Shown: positions 45,201 through 54,800 of the stretch, one piece after another
How the letters are laid out: each line of letters opens with the position of its first letter
How positions within the stretch are numbered: the stretch's first letter is position 1
IMG/VR virus record: IMGVR_UViG_2627854274_000001
Location: 1,087-65,086 of that record
Length of the DNA stretch: 64,000 nt
From: a virus
Taxonomy: Duplodnaviria > Caudoviricetes
Direction: 5' to 3' (one strand)
The notes under the pieces: model-generated
What the model saw: the letters and a program-made list of their open reading frames with translations, nothing else
The model's database searches: none
What the model was told of the DNA's origin: nothing
Position numbers and translations under genes: made by a program

Positions 45201-48200
45201 CCTATGAGCTGCGGGATACCACCAAGCAGGCGTTCGTTGACGCCGGTTCCATGGTATCCACCGGCATCGGCTCGGTGAGCAGTATGCTTGGCAAGTCGAA
45301 GCATGACATCGCTGACTTCAGCAACGGCGTGTCCGAGGGATTCCAGAAGGTGTTCCATGCCGTTGATTCCGCCGCTCCGGCGTTCGGCAGCCTGCTGTCG
45401 ATGGTCGGCGAATTGTCCGACACGTTCGGTGGAACGTTGGGGAACACGTTGAAGTCGGCGGCTCCGACGATCAAGGTGTTGGCCGATGGCGCTGCCGCCA
45501 TGGCTCAGGCTTTCGGCAAGCTGCCTGCGCCCGTTCAGGCGATGGTAGGCATGTATGCGACGTTCGGCAAGGCCGGCATCAGCGCTTACAATTCGTTGAA
45601 GCGTGGCATGTTGCAGAACATCGAATCCACGTTGCAGTATCGGAAGACCTTGAGCCAGTTGGGCATCACCTCGCAGGAGACTGCGATCAGCATGAGCGAG
45701 CTGGTTCGGGCGATGGCTCGTCTGAAGTCCGGTCAGACGGCTGGCGTGCTGACCGGCGAGGTTTCGAATATCCGCCAGATGGGAGCCGCAGCCGACGAGA
45801 CCACTGCGAAACTGAATCGCATGAATCGCGCGCAGGCCGGCGGTTCCGCCGTCGCAGGCGTTGCCGCTGGCGCTGGTTCCACCGGCTTGGTTCGTGGTGT
45901 CGGCGATGCGGCTGAGGGAGCCGCCCGCAAGACCGGTTTGCTGAAGACCGCCTTGAGCGGCGTGGTCGATTTCCTTGGCGGACCTGTCGGCATCGCCATT
46001 GGCGGCGTGACCACGGCGTTGAGTCTGGCCGGCAGCGCGATCAGCTCGTACAATGATGCCACCGCGCACACACAGACGGTGAACCGGACCGTCGCCGACT
46101 CGTTCAAGAACGTTCAAAGCGGCGCGGCGGACGCTTCAACGGCTGTTTCCAAAGCCAAGAAAACCGTTTCGAAGAATTGGACCGACAAGGATTACGGTTG
46201 GAAGCTCCCGAACGGCAACGCCATCGAGAAGGGTCTTAGCGGTATTCAGAAGTCGATAAGCCCGTTCAAGGATTCGTCCAAGGCGGCTGACGCTCTTGGC
46301 ATCAGCGTCAAACAATTGAATTCCGCCGCGACCGGAACGAACGACGCCTATGACAAGATGCACAAGAAGCTTGAGGCCATCAAAAACGACCAGCAGTGGG
46401 TCATGGGCGCGAACGGCCAGATGGTGAACGCCAACGAACAGCAGGCCGAAGCCGCCGAACGTCTGCTTGGCGTGCTTGAGGACTCCCACACCGAATGGGT
46501 AAAAGGCATGAGGGTGGCGTCCGATTGGATTGGCAGCGCCGATAGCGTCGCCAACGTTTCGGCATTGGCCGCCGACAAGCTCAGCCTGCTGTCCGAATCC
46601 CTCGCAGCCAACAATTACGAACTGGAAGGCAACAGCAAGAACGCCCAGGCCAACCGCAAGATGATGGCCGATTATGCGGACAGCGCCTTGCTGGCCGCGA
46701 AGAACATCATCTACGCGGGCAACGGCAGCGCCGAAGCGAACCAGAAAGCCAAGAACGCCATCTATTCCGCCCGTCAGGAAATCATTCAGATGGCCGAACA
46801 ATGCGGCATGTCAGCCGAAGCCGCCGCCGCGCTCGCCGACCAGATGGGTCTTGTTCCCGATAACGTGTCCACGAAGTTCGATCTGACGAACATGGATTCG
46901 GTGAAGGCTCAGGTTCAGGATTATATCGACCAGCTTGAGTTGACCGAAGGTCAGAAGGAAATCATTCTTGATCTCGTCCAGAAGGGTGATATAACGAGTT
47001 TCGACCAGTTGGCCGGTGCCGTGAAGTCGCTCATGGGCGGTGCGAGCGAGAAGGATTTGATGATTCTTCTTGACGCTCAGGATAACGCTTCGGATAAGAT
47101 CAAGAACGCGAAGTCTTTGGCTGAGGGTTTTGGTCTTACGAAGGCTGAGATCAATATTCTTGCCAAGGATGAGGCTGGCCCGGAGTTGGATGCCGTCAAG
47201 CAGAAGCTTCGTGACGGTGGGTTGACTGACGCTCAGATTCAGATTCTCATCGACGCTTTGGACAAAGCCAGCGACAAGATGGACAAGACCAATTCCAAGA
47301 AGAATCAGACCGCCAAAGGCGTGAGTTTCAGAATCGACGCCACTGATGATGACGCCAGTGTGAAATTGGCGAAATATCAGGGGCTTAACGGTTCCACGCT
47401 GGCGACCGCGCACACGTTTGTGATTGGCGATGATTCGAGCGCCCAGAACGCTTTTAACAATACGAGAGCGTATGACGGCGTGACGTTGGCTCAGCCTTGG
47501 GGTCGCGTGTTGGGTGACAACAGTGTGGCGCGTGCCGTGTTCGCTGCCATTCAGGCGTTCAACGGTGTGACCATAGCAAGCCCGTGGGGTCGTGTGCTGG
47601 GCGACAACAGTGGCGCGCGTATGGCGTTCTTGGAAACGAAAGCATATGATGGTACGACGATTTCCCGCCCGTGGGGTCGTGTGCTGGGCGATGCTTCCGA
47701 TGCCCAAAGTGTGTTCCGTAGCATCAGCGCGCTGGATGGCACCGTTCTTGCCACTCGTTACGTGGATGTCGTCACTCGTAAGAGCGGTGATGGTTCCGCG
47801 CGTGCGGCTACCGGTGGCCGTATCAGCGGGCCGGGTACTGGCACGTCCGATTCGATTCCCATGTGGCTGTCGAACGGTGAGCATGTGATCAGGGCTGCGT
47901 CCGCGAGCAAGCTTGATCGTACTGTCGGCCCGAATTTCCTGAACGTGTTGAACGCGACCGGTGACCTGGACAGGGCGGTGTCGCAGGCTCGCACGTCGTA
48001 TGCGCGTAGTGCGGTTGATATGAGTCGTAGCGCGTATGCGGCTGGCGGGCGTGTGGAGAAGATGATGTCCGGCTTGTATGAGGTCAACGTTCAGGTTCCC
48101 GCAAGAACTGGAACGACTGTCAATCAGACGTTCAACACGAAGGTTGTCAGGAGTAATGATGACTTGTATGTTGCCGCGCCGATATTGCATCGTAATGCTT

Positions 48201-48229
48201 TGGCTGAGGCTAGGAGGTATCAGCGTTGA
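42206..48229 (+). CDS. Tape measure protein
   Basis: About 2007 aa; Ala/Gly-rich helical; C-terminal ATGGRISGPGTGTSDSIP..LSNGE. Confidence 0.95.
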   Translation: MAGEHRAGTVVVRVTADTKGFRRQVEEAARGIGDLDVNAAFEPDTAQLERAYREWNGKNASIQFNFKPNTKSIDPWMKRFEQQEERLRRGLTLKPDFDPSKLSRGLSEFNSRTNTALRGNGLLNSKLIEKNLDQTVKAFDAKGRELADTSFFKKSALQKTEQLSFATSLDKTVDKYREKKMDLYQQVRGLIKGNEHLSNEQIRQFEKLSNRIVKTRNDIRGLKGDLAKATREVERLDAQRLEMKTKKLPTSDLWKQEREAAKQATAANKALAVQEKELGRLRKAQSSLVDIASDGDAKRVSKMTRQVRALEESIVTAGNSLSNFSKARDTALGLHQKQETYADWFKGQQVASSRFAKEIDAQQAEMARESKKARDEWSRPVDSTAIARERFAESRREAENLIDTYRGVRKELESDVSAMKRNNRNWFDLDEYKRTVKMLGEIDDRIEKLKKSPVTKATRLEGSDFQKRLADLYSRNGVRNREDIRLRFVAENLNEVRSKIEAFKRRGVDVPVTLKAELREMYRQLAYYQRLLKDNPKARVKIDVEGDFARLNRDIERFETQRVKVEFYEDGADEIRRTMRELEHKRLDVPVTLKAEYSNVEAEMRRYAEKLKSNPDAEIPAKLHIDKKHAEEELKRFQEKNDTLDMDVDLETALARAHLAYFTRPRTIDIFAEFKGTDLGKIMSGMTAGATGVRGVQNEWQKLVNMFDRFDEVVPKWSLLGAVFASAGAGALNLSRTAGSAGASLVMMSKAALAAPGALLGVAAAFGAGYSAVKNYADYIDVSTTKLDGLQKKLSDSFWSEAKQPVIDMMNALGGNGFVDGMEKVSSAEGKIAANAAKIVAQGEYVSRINSILGNTVKGVDAIDPGVQAVTASVVRLGDSSSSYLPRMANYVSRNATLMAQWVDEAERTGKVTQAMEKAIEQGGYLMSSVKSAGGILKGTFGTLAEGENGIEKFSDALSRADRAVNGVKFQATLAAWADGAKQASGKFHDSFREVGDAAYELRDTTKQAFVDAGSMVSTGIGSVSSMLGKSKHDIADFSNGVSEGFQKVFHAVDSAAPAFGSLLSMVGELSDTFGGTLGNTLKSAAPTIKVLADGAAAMAQAFGKLPAPVQAMVGMYATFGKAGISAYNSLKRGMLQNIESTLQYRKTLSQLGITSQETAISMSELVRAMARLKSGQTAGVLTGEVSNIRQMGAAADETTAKLNRMNRAQAGGSAVAGVAAGAGSTGLVRGVGDAAEGAARKTGLLKTALSGVVDFLGGPVGIAIGGVTTALSLAGSAISSYNDATAHTQTVNRTVADSFKNVQSGAADASTAVSKAKKTVSKNWTDKDYGWKLPNGNAIEKGLSGIQKSISPFKDSSKAADALGISVKQLNSAATGTNDAYDKMHKKLEAIKNDQQWVMGANGQMVNANEQQAEAAERLLGVLEDSHTEWVKGMRVASDWIGSADSVANVSALAADKLSLLSESLAANNYELEGNSKNAQANRKMMADYADSALLAAKNIIYAGNGSAEANQKAKNAIYSARQEIIQMAEQCGMSAEAAAALADQMGLVPDNVSTKFDLTNMDSVKAQVQDYIDQLELTEGQKEIILDLVQKGDITSFDQLAGAVKSLMGGASEKDLMILLDAQDNASDKIKNAKSLAEGFGLTKAEINILAKDEAGPELDAVKQKLRDGGLTDAQIQILIDALDKASDKMDKTNSKKNQTAKGVSFRIDATDDDASVKLAKYQGLNGSTLATAHTFVIGDDSSAQNAFNNTRAYDGVTLAQPWGRVLGDNSVARAVFAAIQAFNGVTIASPWGRVLGDNSGARMAFLETKAYDGTTISRPWGRVLGDASDAQSVFRSISALDGTVLATRYVDVVTRKSGDGSARAATGGRISGPGTGTSDSIPMWLSNGEHVIRAASASKLDRTVGPNFLNVLNATGDLDRAVSQARTSYARSAVDMSRSAYAAGGRVEKMMSGLYEVNVQVPARTGTTVNQTFNTKVVRSNDDLYVAAPILHRNALAEARRYQR

Positions 48230-49200
48230 GTTTTGATCTTCCCGAGCTTGTCGAACTGTCGAATGGTAGTGAAACGCTCACGTTCGATGGTGGTAGTGGT
48301 GTGAGTCCCGATGATGATGTTCTTCTGATTGGGGAGGATGGTGTCGAGGGATGGTTTGAGTCGCCGGATGATAAGACGGTGATGAGCGAGCGGGGTCAGG
48401 GTGATGGCGCGCATGATGTGTGGGCGTCGGATATTCTGTATTCGGCTCGCGTGTTGACGTTGCATTTCATCGTGTCGGCTCATGACCGGCAGGGTGTTGT
48501 CCGGCTTCTCAATAAGGTTCGTCGCGTGTGTGCCCACAGTAGGGTGCGGTTTCGGCTTCGTGATGCTGGCTACGACTGTTATGCGACTGGTAGGGCGACT
48601 GTGAAGGCGTCCGCGAAGTATGCTCAGGATGGATGGTTGGAGGATTGCACGTTGACTGTGACGTGCGAGCGGCCTGAGATTCTGAGCATGGACGAGTATA
48701 CGTGCCAGTTGAGCGCGATGCACGTTTCCGGTGGGGCTGTCGGATTGCGGTATGGGCCGGGCTATTGGACGGAATGGGAGGGGGCACGTAACGCTTCCCC
48801 GAGTCTGATGCATACTGAGTCGAATATTGGTTTGCGTGGATTGGCTTACCCGTTGAATTATGGGTTGAAATTGGATGGCGTCGGGTCGAACGTCGGATTG
48901 TTGTACAATCGCGGCACTTCCCGCGCATATCCGACGTTCATCGTGCATGGTCCTATGGATGGCGTGCGTTTGGATTTTCCGGGAACCCAACAGTCGATTG
49001 TGTGCGATCAGACGGTGCGTGATGTGCCGTTGGTTTTGGATTGTCGGAGTCGTACCGCCCAGTTGGGTGGCCAGGATGCGAGTCGGCAATTGTCCCGGCG
49101 TGGTTTTCCGACGATTCCGGCTGGTGGTTCGCTTCGTGTGGTCTTGTCGAATCTTGGTAATGGTTTCGTTGATTGCAGTGTGCGCGACACCTATATGTAA
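48226..49200 (+). CDS. Distal tail (Dit-like) protein
   Basis: Follows TMP; GLAYPLNYG...NRGTSRAYP; carries a YWTEWEGARNASPS insertion. Confidence 0.8.
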   Translation: MSFDLPELVELSNGSETLTFDGGSGVSPDDDVLLIGEDGVEGWFESPDDKTVMSERGQGDGAHDVWASDILYSARVLTLHFIVSAHDRQGVVRLLNKVRRVCAHSRVRFRLRDAGYDCYATGRATVKASAKYAQDGWLEDCTLTVTCERPEILSMDEYTCQLSAMHVSGGAVGLRYGPGYWTEWEGARNASPSLMHTESNIGLRGLAYPLNYGLKLDGVGSNVGLLYNRGTSRAYPTFIVHGPMDGVRLDFPGTQQSIVCDQTVRDVPLVLDCRSRTAQLGGQDASRQLSRRGFPTIPAGGSLRVVLSNLGNGFVDCSVRDTYM

Positions 49201-49209
49201 GGAGTTTGA

Positions 49210-50142
49210 ATGAGCACGGTTGCTTTGGGAGTGTCACCGGATACGAATGGTGTTGGTGTGACTCCGCTTGTGCATCGTCGTATTTTGGGTGCCCAGTGGG
49301 CTAATACGGGTTTGGTTGACGGGTTGAACGTGACAGGCCGGAGTGACCTGCGGTATAACGTTAGCGCTGGTGTTGCCGTGTGTTCGCGTGGGTCGGCTGA
49401 TGGTAAGACGTTGGCTTATTTCGAGGGTGGTCAGACTCCCGCCGTGGCGGCTGGCGACCCTTCCAATCCGCGTATCGACATCGTATGGATTCAAGCCCAT
49501 AATCTGATGGAGTACAAGGATTCGGACAATTACGTGACGGTGGGCGTCACTCAGGGTTCTCCTTCGGCTAGTTTGGCTGAGCCGACCATTCCGGCTGGCG
49601 CGACGATGTTGAGGAAGATGAAGATGCCAGCCGGAGCCTCTTCCACCGCTTCAGCGGTTCAAATGTGGAGCGCCGACTATGCGATACCGTATGGCGCGAG
49701 TCTCGGCAAGATTGGCGAGAATTGGGATCGGCGTGACATGACCGGCGATTCGACGGTGGGGAGATACTATTTCGAGCAGGAGATCGAGTTCAGTCTTCCA
49801 TCTGACCGCATGTTGGAACTGTCGTTCAAATGCAACCTCAGCTCGGCCGGTGCGACTTCGTGGTCTGACATGTCGCATCGCACGGAATGGGCGGTAGGCT
49901 TTCAGATCGATGGCAAGGATCTGGACCACTCGTGCGCGAACTTCGTTTCCTATGGTGCGTGGGAGACGCACGAGACCAGTTACGTGACGGCGGTGAACAA
50001 GGGTCACCACACGGCGCGCCTGCGCACGTGGCTTCAGTACGGCAACGCGCCGGTGTTCCACTACAACGCTTCGCAGGGTGACAATAACGCCCTGTGGTGC
50101 GGCAGGCGATTCATCATCTGGGACAGGGGGCAGGTGGTCTGA
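49210..50142 (+). CDS. Minor tail/baseplate protein
   Basis: YNVSAG...PSNPRIDIV...QGSPSA..PTIPAGA. Confidence 0.75.
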   Translation: MSTVALGVSPDTNGVGVTPLVHRRILGAQWANTGLVDGLNVTGRSDLRYNVSAGVAVCSRGSADGKTLAYFEGGQTPAVAAGDPSNPRIDIVWIQAHNLMEYKDSDNYVTVGVTQGSPSASLAEPTIPAGATMLRKMKMPAGASSTASAVQMWSADYAIPYGASLGKIGENWDRRDMTGDSTVGRYYFEQEIEFSLPSDRMLELSFKCNLSSAGATSWSDMSHRTEWAVGFQIDGKDLDHSCANFVSYGAWETHETSYVTAVNKGHHTARLRTWLQYGNAPVFHYNASQGDNNALWCGRRFIIWDRGQVV

Positions 50143-51770
50143 TGGCGTGGAACGCGTTCCTGTATGACACGCTTACTGGGCAGATCGCGCAGAGCATCGA
50201 CGTTCCGTCGTTCTCATGGTCGATGACGGTCTCAGATTCGAGCTTCAGCACCACGAGCCAGCATGGCAAGGGCGTGGGCGATGACGAGCTGACCGGTTTG
50301 GAATTGCCGTGGAGTCAGATTCCGGGCACCACGCCCGCCGCGCGTGCAAGCGCGTTGCAGCCGTACAAGCGTGGCATCGCATTGTTCTGGAAAAGCACGC
50401 TCGATGACATAGCCTCGCTGGGTACGCCTGTATTGGCGGGGGCGTTGGGCGTGCGCACGTCCAGTTGGAACGATGTGAGCGTCCCCTACGTGTCGATGAT
50501 GGGATTGCTGGAAGACCGGTATCTAGTGCATGAGGGTTCGTTTGGCATGGATGCTGGGCATACGTCCAGGAAATCGTATCGGTGGGAGAATCTGAGCTGG
50601 CGCGCTTTGGCGTGCGAGGTGATCCGCCAGTGCACTGAGGTGAAGCCTGGCGGTTCGTTGCCCATCGATCTGCCGTACTTGAACGAGACCGGCACGCATT
50701 CGCTGCCTTCGGATGGTTCGACGGATGATAAGAACGCGCCGAAGCAGAAAAGCAAGAAGCGTGTGAACACGGCGGACGGGTATGTGGAGACCGTGGTGGA
50801 CGGGGATACGACCACCATCACGGAACAGCATGTGACCAGGAAGACGAAGCAGGTCACGGAGACCAAGCCGTATTCGTATACGACCCGCAAGGGCACGGTC
50901 ACGAAGCAGCATACGACCACTAGGACCATCACCGTGGCGCAGACCACGGTGACGAAGAAGACAGTCACGAAGAACTACGCTGACTACAGCGAGCGGACCG
51001 TGACCACCACGACCACGGTGTATTCGTTCGACGGGAACGGCAAGCAGACAGGCAGCGCCACAAGTACGGATGGCCCGCATAAGACGATACTGCCCCGTCA
51101 GACCGTCGCGGAATACAAGGACTTCAACATCTCGAACCACCGCTGCTCGGATATTCTCAAGAGCATCGCCAACAGCGATGACGGTCCCGATATGCAGTTC
51201 CGCCCCTATCTGTCGGATTCACAGCACATCCGGTTCCGGTTCCTCGCCGGTTCTGACGGCGACGTGTACCTGAATCAGGACAAGCGCCTGTCGTTGTCGT
51301 GCTCGCCATCCGGGGGAACGTTGGAGAACGTGAAGATAGACCGAGCCGCACCGTTCATGCGCGTGTACGCCACCGGAGCGGGCACCGACTCGGGCACGAT
51401 GTGCTGCCAGAGCGAGGATCTGACTCTGGTGAACCGTGAGGACCCGTACCCGCTGCGTGAGACCACGGTCAGCAGCACCGATTCTAAGACCTACGAACTG
51501 CTGGCGTCCACGGCCAACGGGTTGTTGAACGCGAACCGCAAGCCCTTGATGCAATTGTCCGGTGAGATCAACGTTGACGATAGTGATGCGATGGGATTGC
51601 CGTTGCATCCGCTTGGGAGTTTCTGGCCGGGGGAGATGTTCGATATTGCGATTGACGGTTTCCCCGACTTGCCGGATGGCGTGTATCCGATGCGTTTGAT
51701 GCAGATGAGCGGTGATGAGACTGGCAAGGTGACTGTGAAGTTCGACCCTGTGGCTGACCCGACCGCCTGA
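50142..51770 (+). CDS. Minor tail (Tal/hub-like) protein with Thr-rich insertion
   Basis: YDTLTG...DGPDMQFRP...LGSFWPG. Confidence 0.75.
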   Translation: MAWNAFLYDTLTGQIAQSIDVPSFSWSMTVSDSSFSTTSQHGKGVGDDELTGLELPWSQIPGTTPAARASALQPYKRGIALFWKSTLDDIASLGTPVLAGALGVRTSSWNDVSVPYVSMMGLLEDRYLVHEGSFGMDAGHTSRKSYRWENLSWRALACEVIRQCTEVKPGGSLPIDLPYLNETGTHSLPSDGSTDDKNAPKQKSKKRVNTADGYVETVVDGDTTTITEQHVTRKTKQVTETKPYSYTTRKGTVTKQHTTTRTITVAQTTVTKKTVTKNYADYSERTVTTTTTVYSFDGNGKQTGSATSTDGPHKTILPRQTVAEYKDFNISNHRCSDILKSIANSDDGPDMQFRPYLSDSQHIRFRFLAGSDGDVYLNQDKRLSLSCSPSGGTLENVKIDRAAPFMRVYATGAGTDSGTMCCQSEDLTLVNREDPYPLRETTVSSTDSKTYELLASTANGLLNANRKPLMQLSGEINVDDSDAMGLPLHPLGSFWPGEMFDIAIDGFPDLPDGVYPMRLMQMSGDETGKVTVKFDPVADPTA

Positions 51771-51777
51771 ATTTTTC

Positions 51778-51845
51778 ATGACCCCACGTTTTCGTGGGGT
51801 TTTCTTGTATGACACCCCACGTTTCTCGTGGGGTTTTCTGTTTTT
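51778..51845 (+). terminator. Duplicated terminator hairpins
   Basis: ACCCCACG/CGTGGGGT plus TTT, present twice in tandem. Confidence 0.7.
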
Positions 51846-51857
51846 GGAGTGTGCGTA

Positions 51858-54800
51858 GTGGCAGACCATGTTGAACTCAGGCCGGATGACGCATCCCTTC
51901 CGTTGACGTTGGCTGACATAGCGTTGCGGAACAGCAACATGCGGTTGACGTATCTTTCCGGCACCATCGCGGTCGATAACGGGGATGGGACGCAGACTTG
52001 GATCGGCGGCTCCGATTCGGGCGAAGCATTGCCGGGTTGTAACGGCATCATCCCGTGGGTTGGTGACACGACTCCTCCCGGACGTCCCAACGGTATCAGC
52101 GCCGTGTGCAGGACGGAATGCGTGTTCGTCCAATGGGATGGCACGTTGGAGGGTGGTATTCCAGCCGACTTCGACCATGTTGAATTGTTCGCGAAGCCGG
52201 ATAGTACCGGTGAATCGTTGGATTTGGGCCAGTTGCGTGGTAAGGGCGAGCTTGCGACCGGCGTGCTGCCGGTCGGTGACGTGGTTGAGGTGTGGGCCAT
52301 AGCCTATGACAACGCTCATGACGAGAATGGTGTGTCCAAGCCGAACGCCTCGCAGGAGTCGGAACATGCGACCGTCATCATCGCGCCCATCGTTTCCCAG
52401 AAGGATTTGAATGACGCGGCTTCTGAGATTCTTGCTTCCGCGAAGGATGATGCCGCCGCTCAGGTGAAGAAGGTCAGTGACGGGTTGGATGCGGCCCGCA
52501 AGGACATCGACGCGAACACCGAAGCGGCAACCGCTTTAAAGAAGCAGCAGACCCAACTGCGTTCCGACTTGGATTCCGCGTCGAAGAAAATCGACGAGAA
52601 CGCTCAGGGTGTTGGTGCCGTCAAGAAACAGCAGGATACCGCTGATGCGGCGTTGAAATCGTTGGGCAAGACCGTTGAGGATAACAAGGCCGCTCAGGAT
52701 GCGATTAACGATCAGCAGGCTGAGACGAACAAGACGATTGCCGATAACAAGGCGGCTTTGGCTGATGCGTCGAAACAGTTGGAACAGGCGAAGGCTGATA
52801 TCAAGGCTGGCCGGTCTGATTTGGCGAAGGCTCAGGAGACTCTGGCCGACAATACGCAGAAACTGTCTCAGGCGCAGAAGGACATCCAAGCCACCAAGTC
52901 GGCTCAGGATGCCACTGCTAAAGAGCTTGCGTCTGCGAAAGCTGACATCAAGGCTAATCAGGATGGTCTGACCGCCGCGAACAAGACGATTGCCGATAAC
53001 AAGGCGGCTTTGTCTCAGGCGCAGAAGGACATCCAAGCCACCAAGTCGGCTCAGGATGCGACCGCCAAGACGCTCGCTCAGGCGAAGTCTGACCTGTCTC
53101 AGGCCCAGAAGGACATCGCGCAGACCAAGACCGACCTGACCACGGCGAATGGCGAGATTTCGAAGGCCAAGGAGTCTGCGGCTCAAGCGTATGCGGAAGC
53201 GCACAGCAAGAATCACACTTTCCGTGGCCCCGACGAGCCGAAGGACAATCTGATCGTCGGCGACTTGTGGCTCAAGACGCAGAAGTATTGGACGCGCTGG
53301 CAGGGCGAGAAGAATAACTCGCCGTCTCTGCTTGCCGACTTCTACACCTACTGGCAGGGTGAGCCTAATAACAGTCCGTCCGTGCTCGTGCCGCTCGCTG
53401 ACCGCGTGATCGACACGCTTGTCTGGGATGGCTCCACGTGGAATCATCTCGGCTATGCCGACGTGGAGAACAATGCGAAGCAGATCGAGCAGGCGAAGCT
53501 CGACATTGCGGACAATGCTGCGAAGACCACGGACGCTCGGAAGGCTGCCGAGAATGCTGCCGCCGCCGCGAAGACCGCTCAAGGCACCGCCGACAGTGCG
53601 ACTGGCGCGGCGAAGACCGCGCAGGATACGGCTAATGCGGCTCAGACGGCGGCGAAGAGCGCGACAGCGACTGCCGGTCAGGCTAAGAGTGCTGCCGATG
53701 CGGCGCAGACCGCCGCCGAAACCGCCAAGAAGACCGCGACCAATGCGGAAACATTGGCTGACACGGCGAACAAGTCGGCCAGTGCGGCCAAGTCTGACGC
53801 GGCTTCCGCCAAATCGGATGCGTCCACGGCGAAATCGGATGCCGCCAATGCGAAGACCGCCGCCGCCAATGCGTCGAGTGTGGCGACCCAGGCCAAGGCT
53901 ACGGCTGACAGTGCGGCCCAGTCCGCGACTGATGCGGCGACCGCCGCTCGGAAGGCGAATGATGCCGCCGCCGCTGCCGCCGGTGTCGCGAACGGCAAGG
54001 CGGATGTGCTTATCCAATCGTCGGCTCCGGCCACGTCGATGCGCAAGGCTTCGACCTTGTGGATTGATACGACCGGTGGTGCGAACACGCCGAAACGGTG
54101 GAATGGCAGTGCTTGGACGGCTGTGACCGACAAGGCTGCGACTGATGCCGCGAACGCGGCTGTCAAAGCCAACAGTGCGGCGAAGACCGCGCAGGACACG
54201 GCGGACAAGGCCACCACCGCCGCCGCGAATGCCGCATCCCAAGCCAATCAGGCCGAAGCCGCCGCGAAAAAGGCCCAGACCACGGCTGACGGCAAGAATC
54301 TCATCTACCGTGGCCCCGACGAGCCGAATCATGATGGACTGAAACCGGGTGACATGTGGTGGCGCACCCAGAAGTATTGGACGCGCTGGCAGGGCGAGAA
54401 GAATAACTCGCCGTCTCTGCTTGCCGACTTCTACACCTACTGGACTGGTGAGCCGAACAATTCGCCTAGCGTGCTCGTGCCACTGTCTGACCGCGTGATC
54501 GAGGTGTTGACTTGGGATGGTACCCGTTTCGAGCCGTTCGATCTCGTGGCGAACAATGTTCTCGCTGCTGGCACGGTTGGGGCGAAAACCATCGCCGCAA
54601 ACGCGATCACCGCCGAGAAATTGGCCGTGAATGCTGTGACCGCCGATAAGATCGCCGCCAACTCAGTGACCACCGAGAAGCTGGTGGCTGACGCTGTGAC
54701 CGCCGCCAAACTGGCCGCAAATTCGGTGCAGGCGCGGAATCTCACCGCCTTGTCGGTCACGACCGACAAGCTCGCTGCCAATTCGGTCACTACCGGCAAG

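Noticed and set aside
41684-46117. 1477-aa antisense ORF
   Set aside because: Shadow of the tape measure gene
52536-54332. 598-aa antisense ORF
   Set aside because: Shadow of the Ala-rich fibre repeats
53280-54443. Diversity-generating retroelement TR/VR pair
   Set aside because: Repeats are identical with no adenine-specific mismatches, and no reverse transcriptase is present in the window
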